A stretch of DNA of 63,188 bases, filler included, from Octopus bimaculoides (Eukaryota): NCBI RefSeq assembly GCF_001194135.2. It is 3 parts of 3 records of this genome, joined end to end, with 100 filler letters (N's around TTAATTAATTAA, not from the genome) between each part and the next. Parts side by side here need not be neighbours in the genome. Positions count along the whole stretch, not along the records: positions 1 to 23,459 come from NC_068989.1; 2 more parts are not named here. One strand, 5' to 3'. How positions within the stretch are numbered: position 1 is the stretch's first letter; each line of letters begins with the position of its first letter. The position numbers and the translations under genes are program-made. This document shows, in pieces, positions 1 through 10,776 of the stretch. Under the pieces are notes generated by a model that saw only the letters and a list, made by a program, of their open reading frames with translations, searched no databases and had not been told where the DNA came from.

Positions 1-402
1 GTAGGTTTGATACTCTTGTCAAATTTAAGGTTTTTCAAACATTCTATGTCAGATCTAAGCAGCTTAATTTGGTGTTGAATGCATTCTTGCCAAGAAGGCT
101 TTTTGTGGGAGTGTTGTCTTTTTCTAATCTTTTCACCACATAGAATCGTTGAGATTCTTGCGGATGCATAGTACAGGTGGTTGAGATCTGTAATATCAAC
201 ATCATTAGCTGAAATTATATCCTTAAGTGCAAGACGGATTTTACCAATTATTTTCAGGTTTTGGTTAGAATTGCGAATTTTGGGGAGAGTGTCGCGTTCA
301 TTCATACTAGTTTCTTTAATTTTCAGCCATTCAATCATGATTTGATTTTTTAGATCATGTAGTTCTGTTGTATCATTGTGTACACGTTCGAGTGTATGCG
401 TA
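1..402 (-). mobile_element. Dong/R4-clade non-LTR retrotransposon, N-terminal ORF fragment running off the left edge
   Basis: Manual minus-strand translation is stop-free for about 130 codons: ITHTLERVHNDTTELHDLKNQIMIEWLKIKETSMNERDTLPKIRN...DITDLNHLYYASARISTILCGEKIRKRQHSHKKPSWQECIQHQIKLLRSDIECLKNLK. This resembles the LYA..KP.W..R+..+I..LR.DI block preceding the RT in R4/Dong ORFs. It is absent from the ORF track because no stop falls inside the window. Confidence 0.8.
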
Positions 403-411
403 ATTATTCAA

Positions 412-457
<46 letters not shown>

Positions 458-472
458 AATAATAATATTATT
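412..472. repeat. (ATT)n/(AAT)n microsatellite
   Basis: Direct reading; separates the Dong ORF fragment from the 560-bp module. Confidence 0.95.
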
Positions 473-1029
473 GAGTGAGAGAGCAGTGCATGCCATCAAA
501 ATGACACAGGGGTAAAATATACAAAGTCCAGTATACCCATCATGACTGCTCGTCTGATAAGGGTACACTAGACACATGTATCACAACCATGTGTACACGA
601 TGTGGTGACCTCATATCAAGATAAACAATGCATGAACTTGTAGGTGGGGCCCAGTCAGAATTTTCCTCAGGTCAAGTAGCCCATCCTGCTCAAAAGGTCC
701 TTGATTAAGGGTTGTTTAAGGATGTTGAATGAAACACCCATATTTCCAGAGGTGAATTATTCAAATCCCAAAGAATTCCTCTCAATACATGGCTATGATG
801 CTCCCCCACTACTTCTGCTTGTGATCACAGATACACATACCATCAGCCACCAAAGGACATGCTCAACTGATTAAGGTCAAACAACTGACAATCAAATTTG
901 TGGTATTGAACAGAATATTTGCTGTAGCCCATCTTTTATACCAAGACAAAACAATGTACATGATAACACTTCCAATCAGTGAAGATCAGAAGCCATGAGA
1001 GCCACCGCTTGGTACTGCATCAGGACATT

Positions 1030-1030
<1 letters not shown>
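473..1030 (-). mobile_element. About 560-bp non-coding interspersed module ending in (AAT)n (Dong 5' UTR or Dong-dependent non-autonomous element), copy 1
   Basis: Clearly homologous to 4610-5117 (gagtgagagagcagtgcatgccatcaaa ... ggtactgcatcaggacattt); no long ORF. Confidence 0.75.
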
Positions 1031-1083
<53 letters not shown>

Positions 1084-1100
1084 TATTATTATTATTATTA
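1031..1100. repeat. (AAT)n then (ATT)n microsatellites
   Basis: Direct reading. Confidence 0.95.
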
Positions 1101-1112
1101 TCATCGTTATTA

Positions 1113-1323
1113 AGGCGGTGAGCTAGCAGAATCGTTAGCATGCCGGGTGAAATGCTTAGTGGTATTTCACCCATTGCTATATTCTATGTCCAAATTCTGC
1201 GGAGATCGACTTTGTCTTTTATCCTTTTTGGGTCAATAAATTAAGTACCAGTGAAACACTGGGATCGATGTAATTGACTTAATCCCCTCCCGCAAGCTAC
1301 CCTTGTGGCAAAAATTTGAAACC
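1113..1323 (+). mobile_element. tRNA-derived SINE (aggcggtgagct... family; Meta/MESC-like central domain)
   Basis: A/B-box-like head and central gtcgactttgcctttcatcctttcggggtcgataaattaagtaccag-type block; homologous copies at 18993, 26729, 42551 and 51049. Confidence 0.8.
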
Positions 1324-1350
1324 ATCCTCATCATCACCACCATCATTATT

Positions 1351-1790
1351 ACTAGCTGACCCCTTGCTGTCAAAAATGACAGCTACTTGTATTTTATATA
1401 TAAATATGGATGGCAAATCAAATTAATACACTTGTCAATATTAACTTTTGAGATGTGACATTGATCATTGTTTGTGACTGAAAGAACTCCGGTTCACACA
1501 TACATTCACATACTTCCCTTGTACATGCATACACATACATACATATACTCACACAGAATTGAAACACTGATTTTTCTTTTCAGCGTTGAATGTTCACCAT
1601 CCCACTTCCATTGCACACACACACACATTCACATACCTTCCTTTTATATACATGCACATATACTCACATAGAGTTGAAATTCTCCCACTACCAGTTTGTC
1701 ATAACCCCTTCCTTCTTTATTCAACTATCACCCCTTGCTTTCTTATTCATATGTTGTGATGGAGAAAAACACAAGAGTATTATTATAGTA
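1351..1790 (+). mobile_element. Putative non-autonomous Helitron/HINE-like element
   Basis: Starts actagctgacc, has a subterminal hairpin gctgtca-aaaa-tgacagc (1366-1383) and internal cata/ca repeats, and ends tattatagta at the point where the Dong ORF is cut. Confidence 0.4.
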
Positions 1791-4345
1791 TCAGTACCAT
1801 TTTGAAGAACGTTAGTCTGGCAGTTTCTGGTAAGCAAGTTTTGATCTTGTGCCACCAATATGAAACCTTCAGTCTCTGCTTTCAGTCCTGAACTTCTCAG
1901 CCACTGATAGGTTGTTGCTTGGTCTACGTCAGCATTTTGATTTTGAAGAACATACTGTCCGTGCAGGAGCTTTTGCAATTTGTTTCTGTCCGTTCCTTTT
2001 TTTTTTTGTAGTCTGCTTGATTTGTTTTGCTTGCTTGATGGCAGTGGTTTTAGGTTCTTCATCTAATTCAGGGTGAATGCCAAGTTCCCTTGCAAATTTA
2101 TAAGCTTCCTTGACAATGGAATTTTATTTTTTGCTGCTTTCATGTTTGCACACAAGTTGCAGCATCCAGTCCTTTGTACTAGACAAATACCTGTTCATTG
2201 CTATTGTGGAGGTCTTATAGCACAGTCCTAATTGCATCATTCCTCTTTCCTCACTACTTCTAGGTAGGTATAGACAGTCAACTTCTGCTTTTGGGTGGTA
2301 CATGTTCTTAGATGACAATAATTTTCTTGTCTTCCTGTGTTAGAGCTCCGTAGGATTCCAGTTAATGATGTTAAAACTGTGTTGGACTACTTGAAGTGCC
2401 AGGGTGTTAATGGCTTTGATGTGATTTTTCAAGTTGAGTTCAATTTTTAATACAAGTCTTATTCTCCTATAGTACTCCTTTCTTATTCTTTCCTTCATTG
2501 TAGCATGATATATATCATCTCATTCCTTTATTCCCAGGTATTTATAACTTTCTTGTGGGTCACGTTCCTTGTTGGTAACATTGGTGTCTAATTTAATGGA
2601 AGCTATTTGTCTTAGCTTGCCGCTTACAAAAGTTGCTTTAGCACATTTATCGAGGCTAAATCACTCATAAGAATTTCTTTTACAAACTTTTTGAATTTGT
2701 GGAAGGATAGAGTTCAGTTCAAGGAAAGCGTATATTCTTTCAGTTAGTATGGATGTGAGGATCTTGTAGGTGGTGTTGAGACATATTACTGGTGAGTAGT
2801 TCTTTGGATTTTTTTGTCTTCCATTTTTGGTAGTAGGTATGTAGTTCTTCCAGTCAGCTAGGCAAGCTCTGAATTCTGAATGATATCTGTTAGAGATGAA
2901 GCAAGATTTTGGAGTACTTCTGTCAAACAATTCAGCCAGAAGTTCAGGATCTGGTCCAGTCCAGTCCTGAAGTTTTCCATTTATGAGACTTTCTAAAAAC
3001 ACATTTTAGCTTCTCTATTCCTATAGCCTCCCATTTCTACTCTTCAACTTCATGCAGTCTCAGCCATATCTTTTTCCAGAACTCTCCCATTTTCTCAGTC
3101 TTAGGTGGCTCCTTTACTTCTATCTTACTTTTGCCAATTTCCCCATGAAATTTCTTTGCATCTGTCTTGAATACCTTGTTTGTCAATAAAATTTGATTCT
3201 TATATCAAACCATTTAAGTTGTTGGGCTTTCAACTGTATATGCTGTTTTGACAGTTCCTTGGTTGCAGGGAGGTTTATAAAATCTTTAATTTTATATTTT
3301 CACTTGATTTTTCTAGCTTTTTTTTTATCTTAATATTTACCCCTCTAACAAGTTCATCAAGAACTGATACATCTCTTTTTGTATTGCTACTTTCCACTTA
3401 GGAGGTTTATTGACATGGCTGGTTCTTTTCTGAGTCATCCTACTTTAGCAATGGAATAGATAAGATTATTTAAAGTTGTTAGATCATTTCCTTTATTTCT
3501 TAAGATCTGTCTAAGAGCAACATTATAATATCATGATTATGTTGCTAATTTTTGTGCTGTTTGAAAACCTTAGTAGCCGTTTTCTATTGATCATGTCAAT
3601 AAACTCAGTCTTGCTGAGTTTTCTCATAATATCTTCTTTTGCTTCTGTGAACTTTTCTTTTTTCATTCACCTCAAATTCTGTGTCATGTTTATTTTGGTG
3701 TTCTTGAGGTAGGTCTACATTCTCCTCTTTTTCCACATCTCTGTTCTTTGCTATTCTTTATTCAGCTTCCTAACTGGGATGTACTAATCGTAAACTGGGT
3801 TCTGTGCATCTGTTACCTTTTTCATTGGTATTGTTGCTGTTTTCATTTGCTCTACCATAAGATATTTGTGTCCTAATTTGGTTAATTTCACTGTCAGTTA
3901 ATCTTTTGCTCTCAATGATATCTCTGCAAACATTACTTAATTTATTTGCATCTATATATCTACATATTTCATTACCTACTAAATTTCTCCATGAAATGTA
4001 GGTTTGTAGCATAAGGTTATTGCTTGGGTTTAGTTGGGCAGTATAAAAAGTTTTCAAAACATCTTTATAATCCTCTCTAGTTCATTTTATGCATTTTCCT
4101 TTAAGTGGTGCTTTTGGTGGCGTCACTACAGGTCTAGGGTTAGGGTTATCCTGGTTCTGGTTATCTGGTAGATCGTCTTTTTGAGAGTTTGTTCCAGCAG
4201 CAGACTTTTCGATCCCAGTCTGGTTCCCCACTGGGTAACGCGGTCCTTGTTGTCCCGGGCAACGACTGATCCGGTATGAGTTTTGGCTTGTCATTAAAGT
4301 ATTGACAGTGACATTAGAAGACAGGTCTCTTTGTTCAGGGTTAAC
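1790..4345 (-). mobile_element. Degenerate Dong/R4-clade LINE ORF (internally deleted, 3' truncated)
   Basis: N-terminal K(W)TREDYKDVLKTFYTAQ...IDANKLSNVCRDII..KRLTDSEI (4090-3850); RT start NYSPVICLNTTYKILTSILTERIYAFLELNSILPQIQKVCKRNSY (2830-2665); FSLDKCAK and YKYLG motifs; HPKAEVDCLYLPRSSEERGMMQL; LHGQY...WLRSSGLKAETEGFILVAQDQNLLTRN. Many stops and frameshifts. Confidence 0.9.
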
Positions 4346-4394
<49 letters not shown>

Positions 4395-4427
4395 GTTATT
4401 GCTATTATTATTATTATCATCATTATT
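4346..4427. repeat. (ATT)n microsatellite
   Basis: Direct reading. Confidence 0.95.
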
Positions 4428-5117
4428 GAGTGAGAGAGCAGTGCATGCCATCAAAGTGACACTGGGGTAAAATATATGAAGCCCAGTATACCCATCATGA
4501 CTACCTGTCTGATAAAGATACACCAGGTACATGCATCGCAACCACGCACAACATGGTGATCTCATATCACAATAAACAGTGCATTACTATTATTATCATT
4601 ATTATTATTGAATGAGAGAGCAGTGCATGCCATCAAAGTGATACTGGGGTAAAATATACGAAGTCTAGTATACCCATCATGACTATCTGTACACCAGGCA
4701 CATGCATCACAACCATATGTGATGATCTCATATCAGGATAAACAGTGCATTACCTTGCAGGTGGGGCCCATCCCACTCAGAAGGTCCCTGAATAAGGGTT
4801 GTTTAAAGATGTTGAACAAAATACCCATGCTTCCAGAGGTGAATTATTCAAATCCCAAAGAATTCCTCTCAACACCTGGCTATGATGCTTCCCCACTACT
4901 TCTGCTCATGATCAAAGATGCACATATCGTCAGCCACTAAGGGACATGCTCAACTGGCTAACGTCAAACAACTGACAAGCAAATTTGTGGTCTTGAGCAG
5001 AATATTTACTGTAGCCCATCTTTTATACCAAGACAAAACAATGTACATGATAACAGTTCCAATCAGTTGGAATCAGAAGCCATGAAAGCCAATGCCTGGT
5101 ACTGCATCATGGCATTT
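4428..5117 (-). mobile_element. 560-bp module: short copy of its 3' end (4428-4585) plus near-full copy 2 (4610-5117), separated by an AAT tract
   Basis: Both blocks start on the + strand with ga(g/a)tgagagagcagtgcatgccatcaaagtga; homologous to 473-1030. Confidence 0.8.
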
Positions 5118-5119
5118 AT

Positions 5120-5236
5120 CATCATCATTAACATCATCATCATCATCATCATCATCATTATTATTTAACATCTGTTTTCCATGCTGACATGGGTTAGACA
5201 GTTTGACTGGAGCTGATAAACCAGAGAACTGTGCCA
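5120..5236 (-). mobile_element. 3' fragment of RTE-tail SINE with (GAT)n tail
   Basis: (cat)n + tttaacatctgttttccatgctgacatgggttagacagtttgactgg matches the tails at 9240-9312 and 23149-23230. Confidence 0.7.
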
Positions 5237-5574
5237 AGAAAGAACTAATGTGTTGAAGTGTTTATAAACAAAATCCATTTGGTTTTTTCATGTGTATTTT
5301 TTTTACTGGCAGCTTATTTAGAATGACAAAAACTGGGTATGCATTTCTACTAAAATGAATTTTAGCAACAACAATTTGATTATAAAATTTTTACATTTTC
5401 TTCAGATTATTTTCAAACTGTTTTAACTTTTGAAATAAAACAAAACATACCTGCCACTCACAAGTCAGTATGACTTGGTAGCATGTACCATGCTTTTGCT
5501 AAATTTTTATAAGTACCAATATAGTTGTGAGTAGACATAGATACTTTCACAACCCTTTCACTCTTGACTCAGTG

Positions 5575-5760
5575 GAAACTCAAAGATGGAGAGGGAGAGA
5601 GCTGCACCAGCACTTGCCTACAACTCATTTTCAGATGGGTAGATGAGAACAACGTGAAGTGAAGTGCATTTCTTCATAACAATGTACAGTTTAATTTAGG
5701 ATTTGAACCCACAATCTATTGATTACAAACCAAGTACTCTAACCACTAGGACATGTACCT
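5575..5760 (-). mobile_element. tRNA-derived SINE (second family), decayed
   Basis: Minus strand reads aggtacatgtcctagtggttagagtac...gtgggttcaaatcc (A and B boxes) followed by a cacttcacttcacgttgttc...aaaatgagt body. Confidence 0.65.
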
Positions 5761-5961
5761 GAAACTACTCGAATATTTTTGTGATTTGAAGATGGTAAAT
5801 GGAAGATTCAAAAAAGTTATGATATGACTACCTCTAATGATGACATGGCTATTAAAAATATATTTAGTGGTAATGATGAGCATGATGACTTTTATCTCTC
5901 TTAAAAAATAATATATGTAGAAAAAAAGAAAAGAGTTACATATGTTGTTTAAGAAACTTAC

Positions 5962-6307
5962 TAGGATGTGAATATGGCTGATCTGTAGGCCAGTATCCTG
6001 AATTATATGTTGCTGCAGGATAAACTTCAGCAGAATAACCATTGAGAGTACCCCGACCACGAGAGAGTTGGCTATTTTCAGGAATAGTTCCAAGTAAAGA
6101 TGCTCGATCTGGTGTGGTTTGACGCTCAGGAGAAAATCGTAGGTTAGCCATATGACGAGGAACAATACCTGATTGCCCTCTCATAACATCCATACCAGGT
6201 GTTGTAGACTGAGGACGGTCAACTATCCGAAGACTTTGGCTTTCATTTGCTAGTTGTTGGTAGGCTAAAGAATTTTGTGGAGGTAAGCTCTTGGATTTTG
6301 TCATATT
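5962..6307 (-). CDS. Internal coding exon (346 nt, phase 0 to phase 1) of a probable SRCIN1 / sickle tail (KIAA1217) / CG32809-like AIP3-family gene
   Basis: Acceptor tttttcatttctag|AAT, donor CCTA|gtaagt; open frame NMTKSKSLPPQNSLAYQQ...RFSPERQTTPDRASLLGTIPEN...PYSHP (S/P/R-rich, non-repetitive, no TE motifs); joins in frame to exon 7121-6953. Confidence 0.85.
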
Positions 6308-6952
6308 CTAGAAATGAAAAATAAATGAATAAATAAAATGAAAGATTATAAACATCATAATATAACACTTCTTTCCATTCATAATATAAAACATTTTACA
6401 CTGTAAGACAATATTATAGTCTAGTTCAGTACCTTACTATTTGGAGTTCAAATCCTTCAATGACTGACTTTGTCTTACATCCTCAAAGACTCAATAAAAC
6501 AAATAATATGAATAATGTACTGAAGTGGATTCAATCAACTATAAGACTGTTTCCAACAAAAAACTTGGTTGTACAGTTTATAAGTTTTATTCATAATCAA
6601 GGATATGTTGGAACACAACTTTCAGTGTATAGTCAATAGATATAATTTTTTATTGAAATTCAGACAAAAGAATTTACTTTCATGAATACAATAGAAAGAA
6701 ATTTTTAATAAATAAATATACACTCTATGATTCTAAAGATGATCTTATAAAAAACTTTAAGATGCAAAACACCCTGCTTATTTGAATTAATTATGCTTAA
6801 TATGTATGTAATGTATGTAATGTCTTCTTCTTACCTAAAATCTCATCCTTGGCAGAAATGGTTGCCATGCAAATACCTAAATTTACAAATCTATTTAAAT
6901 GAAGTAGTACACCATACACCACAAAACAAGCAAATAAATAAAGAAACATAAC

Positions 6953-7121
6953 CTTTGGATGACAGCTGGAAGGTATATGTACATTTACTGGGTGAGTGTT
7001 TGATTGTGACTGCACTGAAGATACTATGGTCTTGCCCCGGATTTCTGGAAGTGGTTTGATGACCTGAGGCTGATCACTGTCACATTCATGAATCTTCAGT
7101 ACTGTCCGGTCTTTGATATCT
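6953..7121 (-). CDS. Internal coding exon (169 nt, phase 2 to phase 0) of a probable SRCIN1 / KIAA1217 / CG32809-like gene
   Basis: Acceptor tatgttgtctttcag|A, donor AAG|gttatg; encodes (R)DIKDRTVLKIHECDSDQPQVIKP..., resembling the VR-DIQDRSIIKIY / NIQDRSLLKVY motif closing the AIP3-like region of human SRCIN1/KIAA1217 (from memory). Family call rests on this short motif. Confidence 0.8.
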
Positions 7122-7361
7122 CTGAAAGACAACATATAAGATATTTTACTGTAAGACTCAAGTCTTTATATCCCAGTAAGACATGAATAAAATGTTTTAC
7201 TGCACAATCTTTCCCTTTCACCTATCTTGCTGCAAGCAATATGATATATATATATATATATATGAAAAAATTAATGTCAACAGTAACAAATGAAACCTAC
7301 TAGCATGTTCAATACTAGGAAACAATGACCCAATGAGACATTTCTGTGTGTCTACTTAATT

Positions 7362-7535
7362 TGCTAAAAATAACAGCCAAATCTTGTTCAATTAAAAAAG
7401 AGGAAAAGAAAGATTGGATAATGTAGAGAAAAAAAAACTTCATGTGGTAAAAAAGATGAGATTGTCATGGGGAGAATGCCTTCAAACATAAGTCTACTCA
7501 AACAGGATTGATCTGAGGCTAAACAGAAACAACTA
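7362..7535 (+). mobile_element. 3' part of SINE with (CAA)n-type tail (gctagaaatagcagccaaatct family)
   Basis: Similar to minus copies at 24020-24155 and 46090-46262 and plus pieces at 42430-42530 and 42786-42820. Confidence 0.55.
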
Positions 7536-7809
7536 TGGCAGAAAAAGGAGCAGTATGGAAATGGTAGTGGGTTTACAGGCTTCGAAATTAATTCCAATTT
7601 TGTTGTGTATTTGGTTAGCATACTTAATGTCATACACTCCAATCTACCCTATTATTGGGGTCCCAGTTCACTCATCACTGAAAATATCTACAGACTCCAG
7701 TTCATGATATCATTGGAAATATCTACACACTTCAACTCACATCAACATTGGCAATATCTGCACACACCAGTTCACTCATCATTGCCAATATCTGTACATC
7801 CCAGTTCAT

Positions 7810-8025
7810 CACAATATTATTTGCATGTTTCCCAGTGGAGAGGTGAAGACACTTTGGAATTGCTTATTTAGCACTTCACTTATCCTCTTGGGGTCTGCAG
7901 TTAGTGAGCTGTCTTCTTCAAACAGTGGCCCTATCTTGTAGTGCACCAAGACAGACTCTTTCACAAACCTGTAGAAGGCCTTGAGATTTATTTTTATATT
8001 TTCCACTGCTCTAGTTTCTCTTTTT
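7810..8025 (-). mobile_element. CR1/L2-group LINE ORF2 fragment
   Basis: AVENIKINLKAFYRFVK...KIGPLFEEDSSLTADPKRISEVLNKQFQSVFTSP matches the pre-RT K.NPK.F+.Y..IGPL..LN.+F.SVFT motif. Confidence 0.75.
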
Positions 8026-8118
8026 ACCCTTATACATACATACATACACACATATGTATGTATGTATGTATGTATATTATGTTAATATGTGTGTGTGTGC
8101 ATGTGTGTGTGTGTGTAT

Positions 8119-9312
8119 GCCGGTGCCCCTGGGCCGGCTCTTGTGCGGGTGATACATGAGGTTTTCGAGCGAGATCGTTGCCGGTGCCCCTGGGCTGGCT
8201 CGTGTGCGGGCGACACATGGAATCTTTCGGGCGGGATCGTTGCCGGTGCCCCTGGGCTGGCTCTTGTGCGGGTGACACATGAAATGCCTTGAGCGAGACG
8301 GGATCGTTGCCAGTGCCCCTGGGCTGTCTCTTGTGCGGGTGACACNNNNNNNNNNNNNNNNNNNNNNNNNNNNNNNNNNNNNNNNNNNNNNNNNNNNNNN
8401 NNNNNNNNNNNNNNNNNNNNNNNNNNNNNNNNNNNNNNNNNNNNNNNNNNNNNNNNNNNNNNNNNNNNNNNNNNNNNNNNNNNNNNNNNNNNNNNNNNNN
8501 NNNNNNNNNNNNNNNNNNNNNNNNNNNNNNNNNNNNNNNNNNNNNNNNNNNNNNNNNNNNNNNNNNNNNNNNNNNNNNNNNNNNNNNNNNNNNNNNNNNN
8601 NNNNNNNNNNNNNNNNNNNNNNNNNNNNNNNNNNNNNNNNNNNNNNNNNNNNNNNNNNNNNNNNNNNNNNNNNNNNNNNNNNNNNNNNNNNNNNNNNNNN
8701 NNNNNNNNNNNNNNNNNNNNNNNNNNNNNNNNNNNNNNNNNNNNNNNNNNNNNNNNNNNNNNNNNNNNNNNNNNNNNNNNNNNNNNNNNNNNNNNNNNNN
8801 NNNNNNNNNNNNNNNNNNNNNNNNNNNNNNNNNNNNNNNNNNNNNNNNNNNNNNNNNNNNNNNNNNNNNNNNNNNNNNNNNNNNNNNNNNNNNNNNNNNN
8901 NNNNNNNNNNNNNNNNNNNNNNNNNNNNNNNNNNNNNNNNNNNNNNNNNNNNNNNNNNNNNNNNNNNNNNNNNNNNNNNNNNNNNNNNNNNNNNNNNNAT
9001 ATACCGCCTGACTGGCCTTTGTAGGGTTTTCAAGCAAGATCATTGCCAGTGCCCCTGGACTGGCTCTTGTGCGGGTGGCACATAAAAGACACCATTTCGA
9101 GCGTGGCCGTTTTCGTGCGGGTGACACGTAAAAGCACCCACTACACTCTCTGCGTGGTTGGCGTTAGGAAGGGCATCCAGCTGTAGAAACTCTGCCAAAT
9201 TAGATTGGAGCCTGGTGTTGCCATCCGGTTTCACCAGTCCTCAGTCAAATCGTCCAACCCATGCTAGCATGGAAGGCGGACGTTAAACGATGATGATGAT
9301 GATGATGATGAT
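8119..9312 (+). mobile_element. RTE-related SINE with internal 61-67-bp tandem repeat and (GAT)n tail; gap inside
   Basis: At least 4 units of gccggtgcccctgggctggctcttgtgcgggtgacacatg...gatcgtt, then ggttggcgttaggaagggcatccagctgtagaaac and catgctagcatggaaggcggacgttaaac(gat)n. Confidence 0.85.
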
Positions 9313-9610
9313 ATCTATATATATATATATATATATAAAACAAAGATAAATTAAATATAAAGATATTCTCCATTCCAGCCCCTAGTGGCCTAGAAGAGGT
9401 TAGAAGGGTCAAGTGGCAAAGACATTATTCTGCTTAGTGAAGGCATCTGGCAAATGTATAACTTCTGTAATTCACAGAAAAACTATTGTTTTACCATGAG
9501 AAAAGCACTGTTGAAGTGTTAAGTGAAATTTGGCAATTGCGGATCAAATCCACGCCACACCTGCATGAAGCCACTACAAATACGTTGTGGAATAAAAAAA
9601 ATCATCTACT

Positions 9611-10776
9611 GTCATGGAAAAAGTTTAACTGTAAAAATGCAGAATTATTCGAGTAATGGGCATTCAAAAAAGTATGTATGTATAGAAATGTATGAATGAA
9701 GTCTTTAAGGTTTAAGATTCAAACCAAGTAAGTGCAATAATAATGTTTAGCAGTTCAAAACTGAGTAGTGAAATGCAGAATTAGGTTGGCTGATCACGAG
9801 AATCAGATATTGATCACTTTTCTAAAAAAACTGCAGGTGGTATGGGTTATTTCCCTTGGGTTGTTTAAATAAGATATTAGTAATATGTAGTAGATACAAG
9901 GATCCATTGGAGGGGCCCTATTACCGATTTTTTTTCAACAATCTAAGTATGTCACAAGGTTTCCAGACATGAGTTCTACTTACGTGTCAAATAAAATATA
10001 AAAGTGATATTGTCTGCAAAAATTAGAAATTGGACACACAAAAAATCAATATTCAAAGTAATCGAACACAAACAATGAAACCTATAAAATATTTCTAAAT
10101 TCAATGGCTCAATTAGTATCCTGAAACTGTAAATAAGAAATAAATATTATAATTTGTAAAATAAGTATAAGTGATACAGGGTGTCCCAACTGAATGTGGT
10201 GTGGAAATTTAGGTTCATTTTTTCAGAATTTTAAGCATTCAAAGTATGAGTTCATTGTATTGGGACACACTTATTAAATATGTTCCGGAATCAAAAATTT
10301 ATGTACAGTCATCAAAAAATTTTAACTGGAAAAATGCAGAATTATCGAAGTTATGGGCATTGAAAGTGTACATGCATCAAGAAAGTGCAATAATAAGGTT
10401 TAGCAGTTGAAAACTGTGAGTAGTGAAATGCAGAATTAGGTCTGCTGATCATGAGAATCAAATACTGATTGCTTTGCTAAAAACAACTGTAAGTGCAGGT
10501 GGTATGGGTTATTTCCCTTGAGTATTTAAAAAAATACTGTGCAGGTGCTATGGGTTATTTTCCTTGGGTGTTTAAAAAATTAGTTATATGAGGTAGATAT
10601 AAAGTTCCCTTCCAGGGGCTGTATTATCAATTTTTCAACAATCTATGTATGTCATGAGGTTTCCAGACATGAGTTCTGCTCACGTGTCAAGTTTCATCAA
10701 AATCAATAAAATAATGTAGGAGTTAGCTAACAACGCCACGAACAAACACACACCAATTTTCAACATGTGCCGTAGA
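9611..10776 (+). mobile_element. Two diverged direct copies (9611-9990, 10308-10690) of a probable non-autonomous Helitron/HINE-like 3' region
   Basis: Shared aaaatgcagaattat...gtgaaatgcagaattagg...ggtggtatgggttatttcccttg...ggtttccagacatgagttct; copy 2 continues gtgtcaagtttcatcaaaatc...gtaggagttag...acaaacacac...gtagat, an ending typical of such elements. Confidence 0.55.
10175..10274. mobile_element. Possible 100-bp Tc1/mariner-type MITE remnant
   Basis: tacagggtgtcccaa ... ttgggacacactta imperfect TIR; CAGGGTGTCC is a common Tc1/mariner terminus. Confidence 0.4.

Noticed and set aside
1113-1200. tRNA genes at SINE heads
   Set aside because: A/B-box-like motifs continue into SINE bodies; no complete cloverleaf could be drawn.
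4135-4150. agggttagggtt as telomeric repeat
   Set aside because: Only two units, lying within the Dong ORF (NPNPRP codons).
8119-8345. GC-rich 61-67-bp repeat as a CRISPR-like array
   Set aside because: Contiguous tandem units without unique spacers, inside a eukaryotic SINE.
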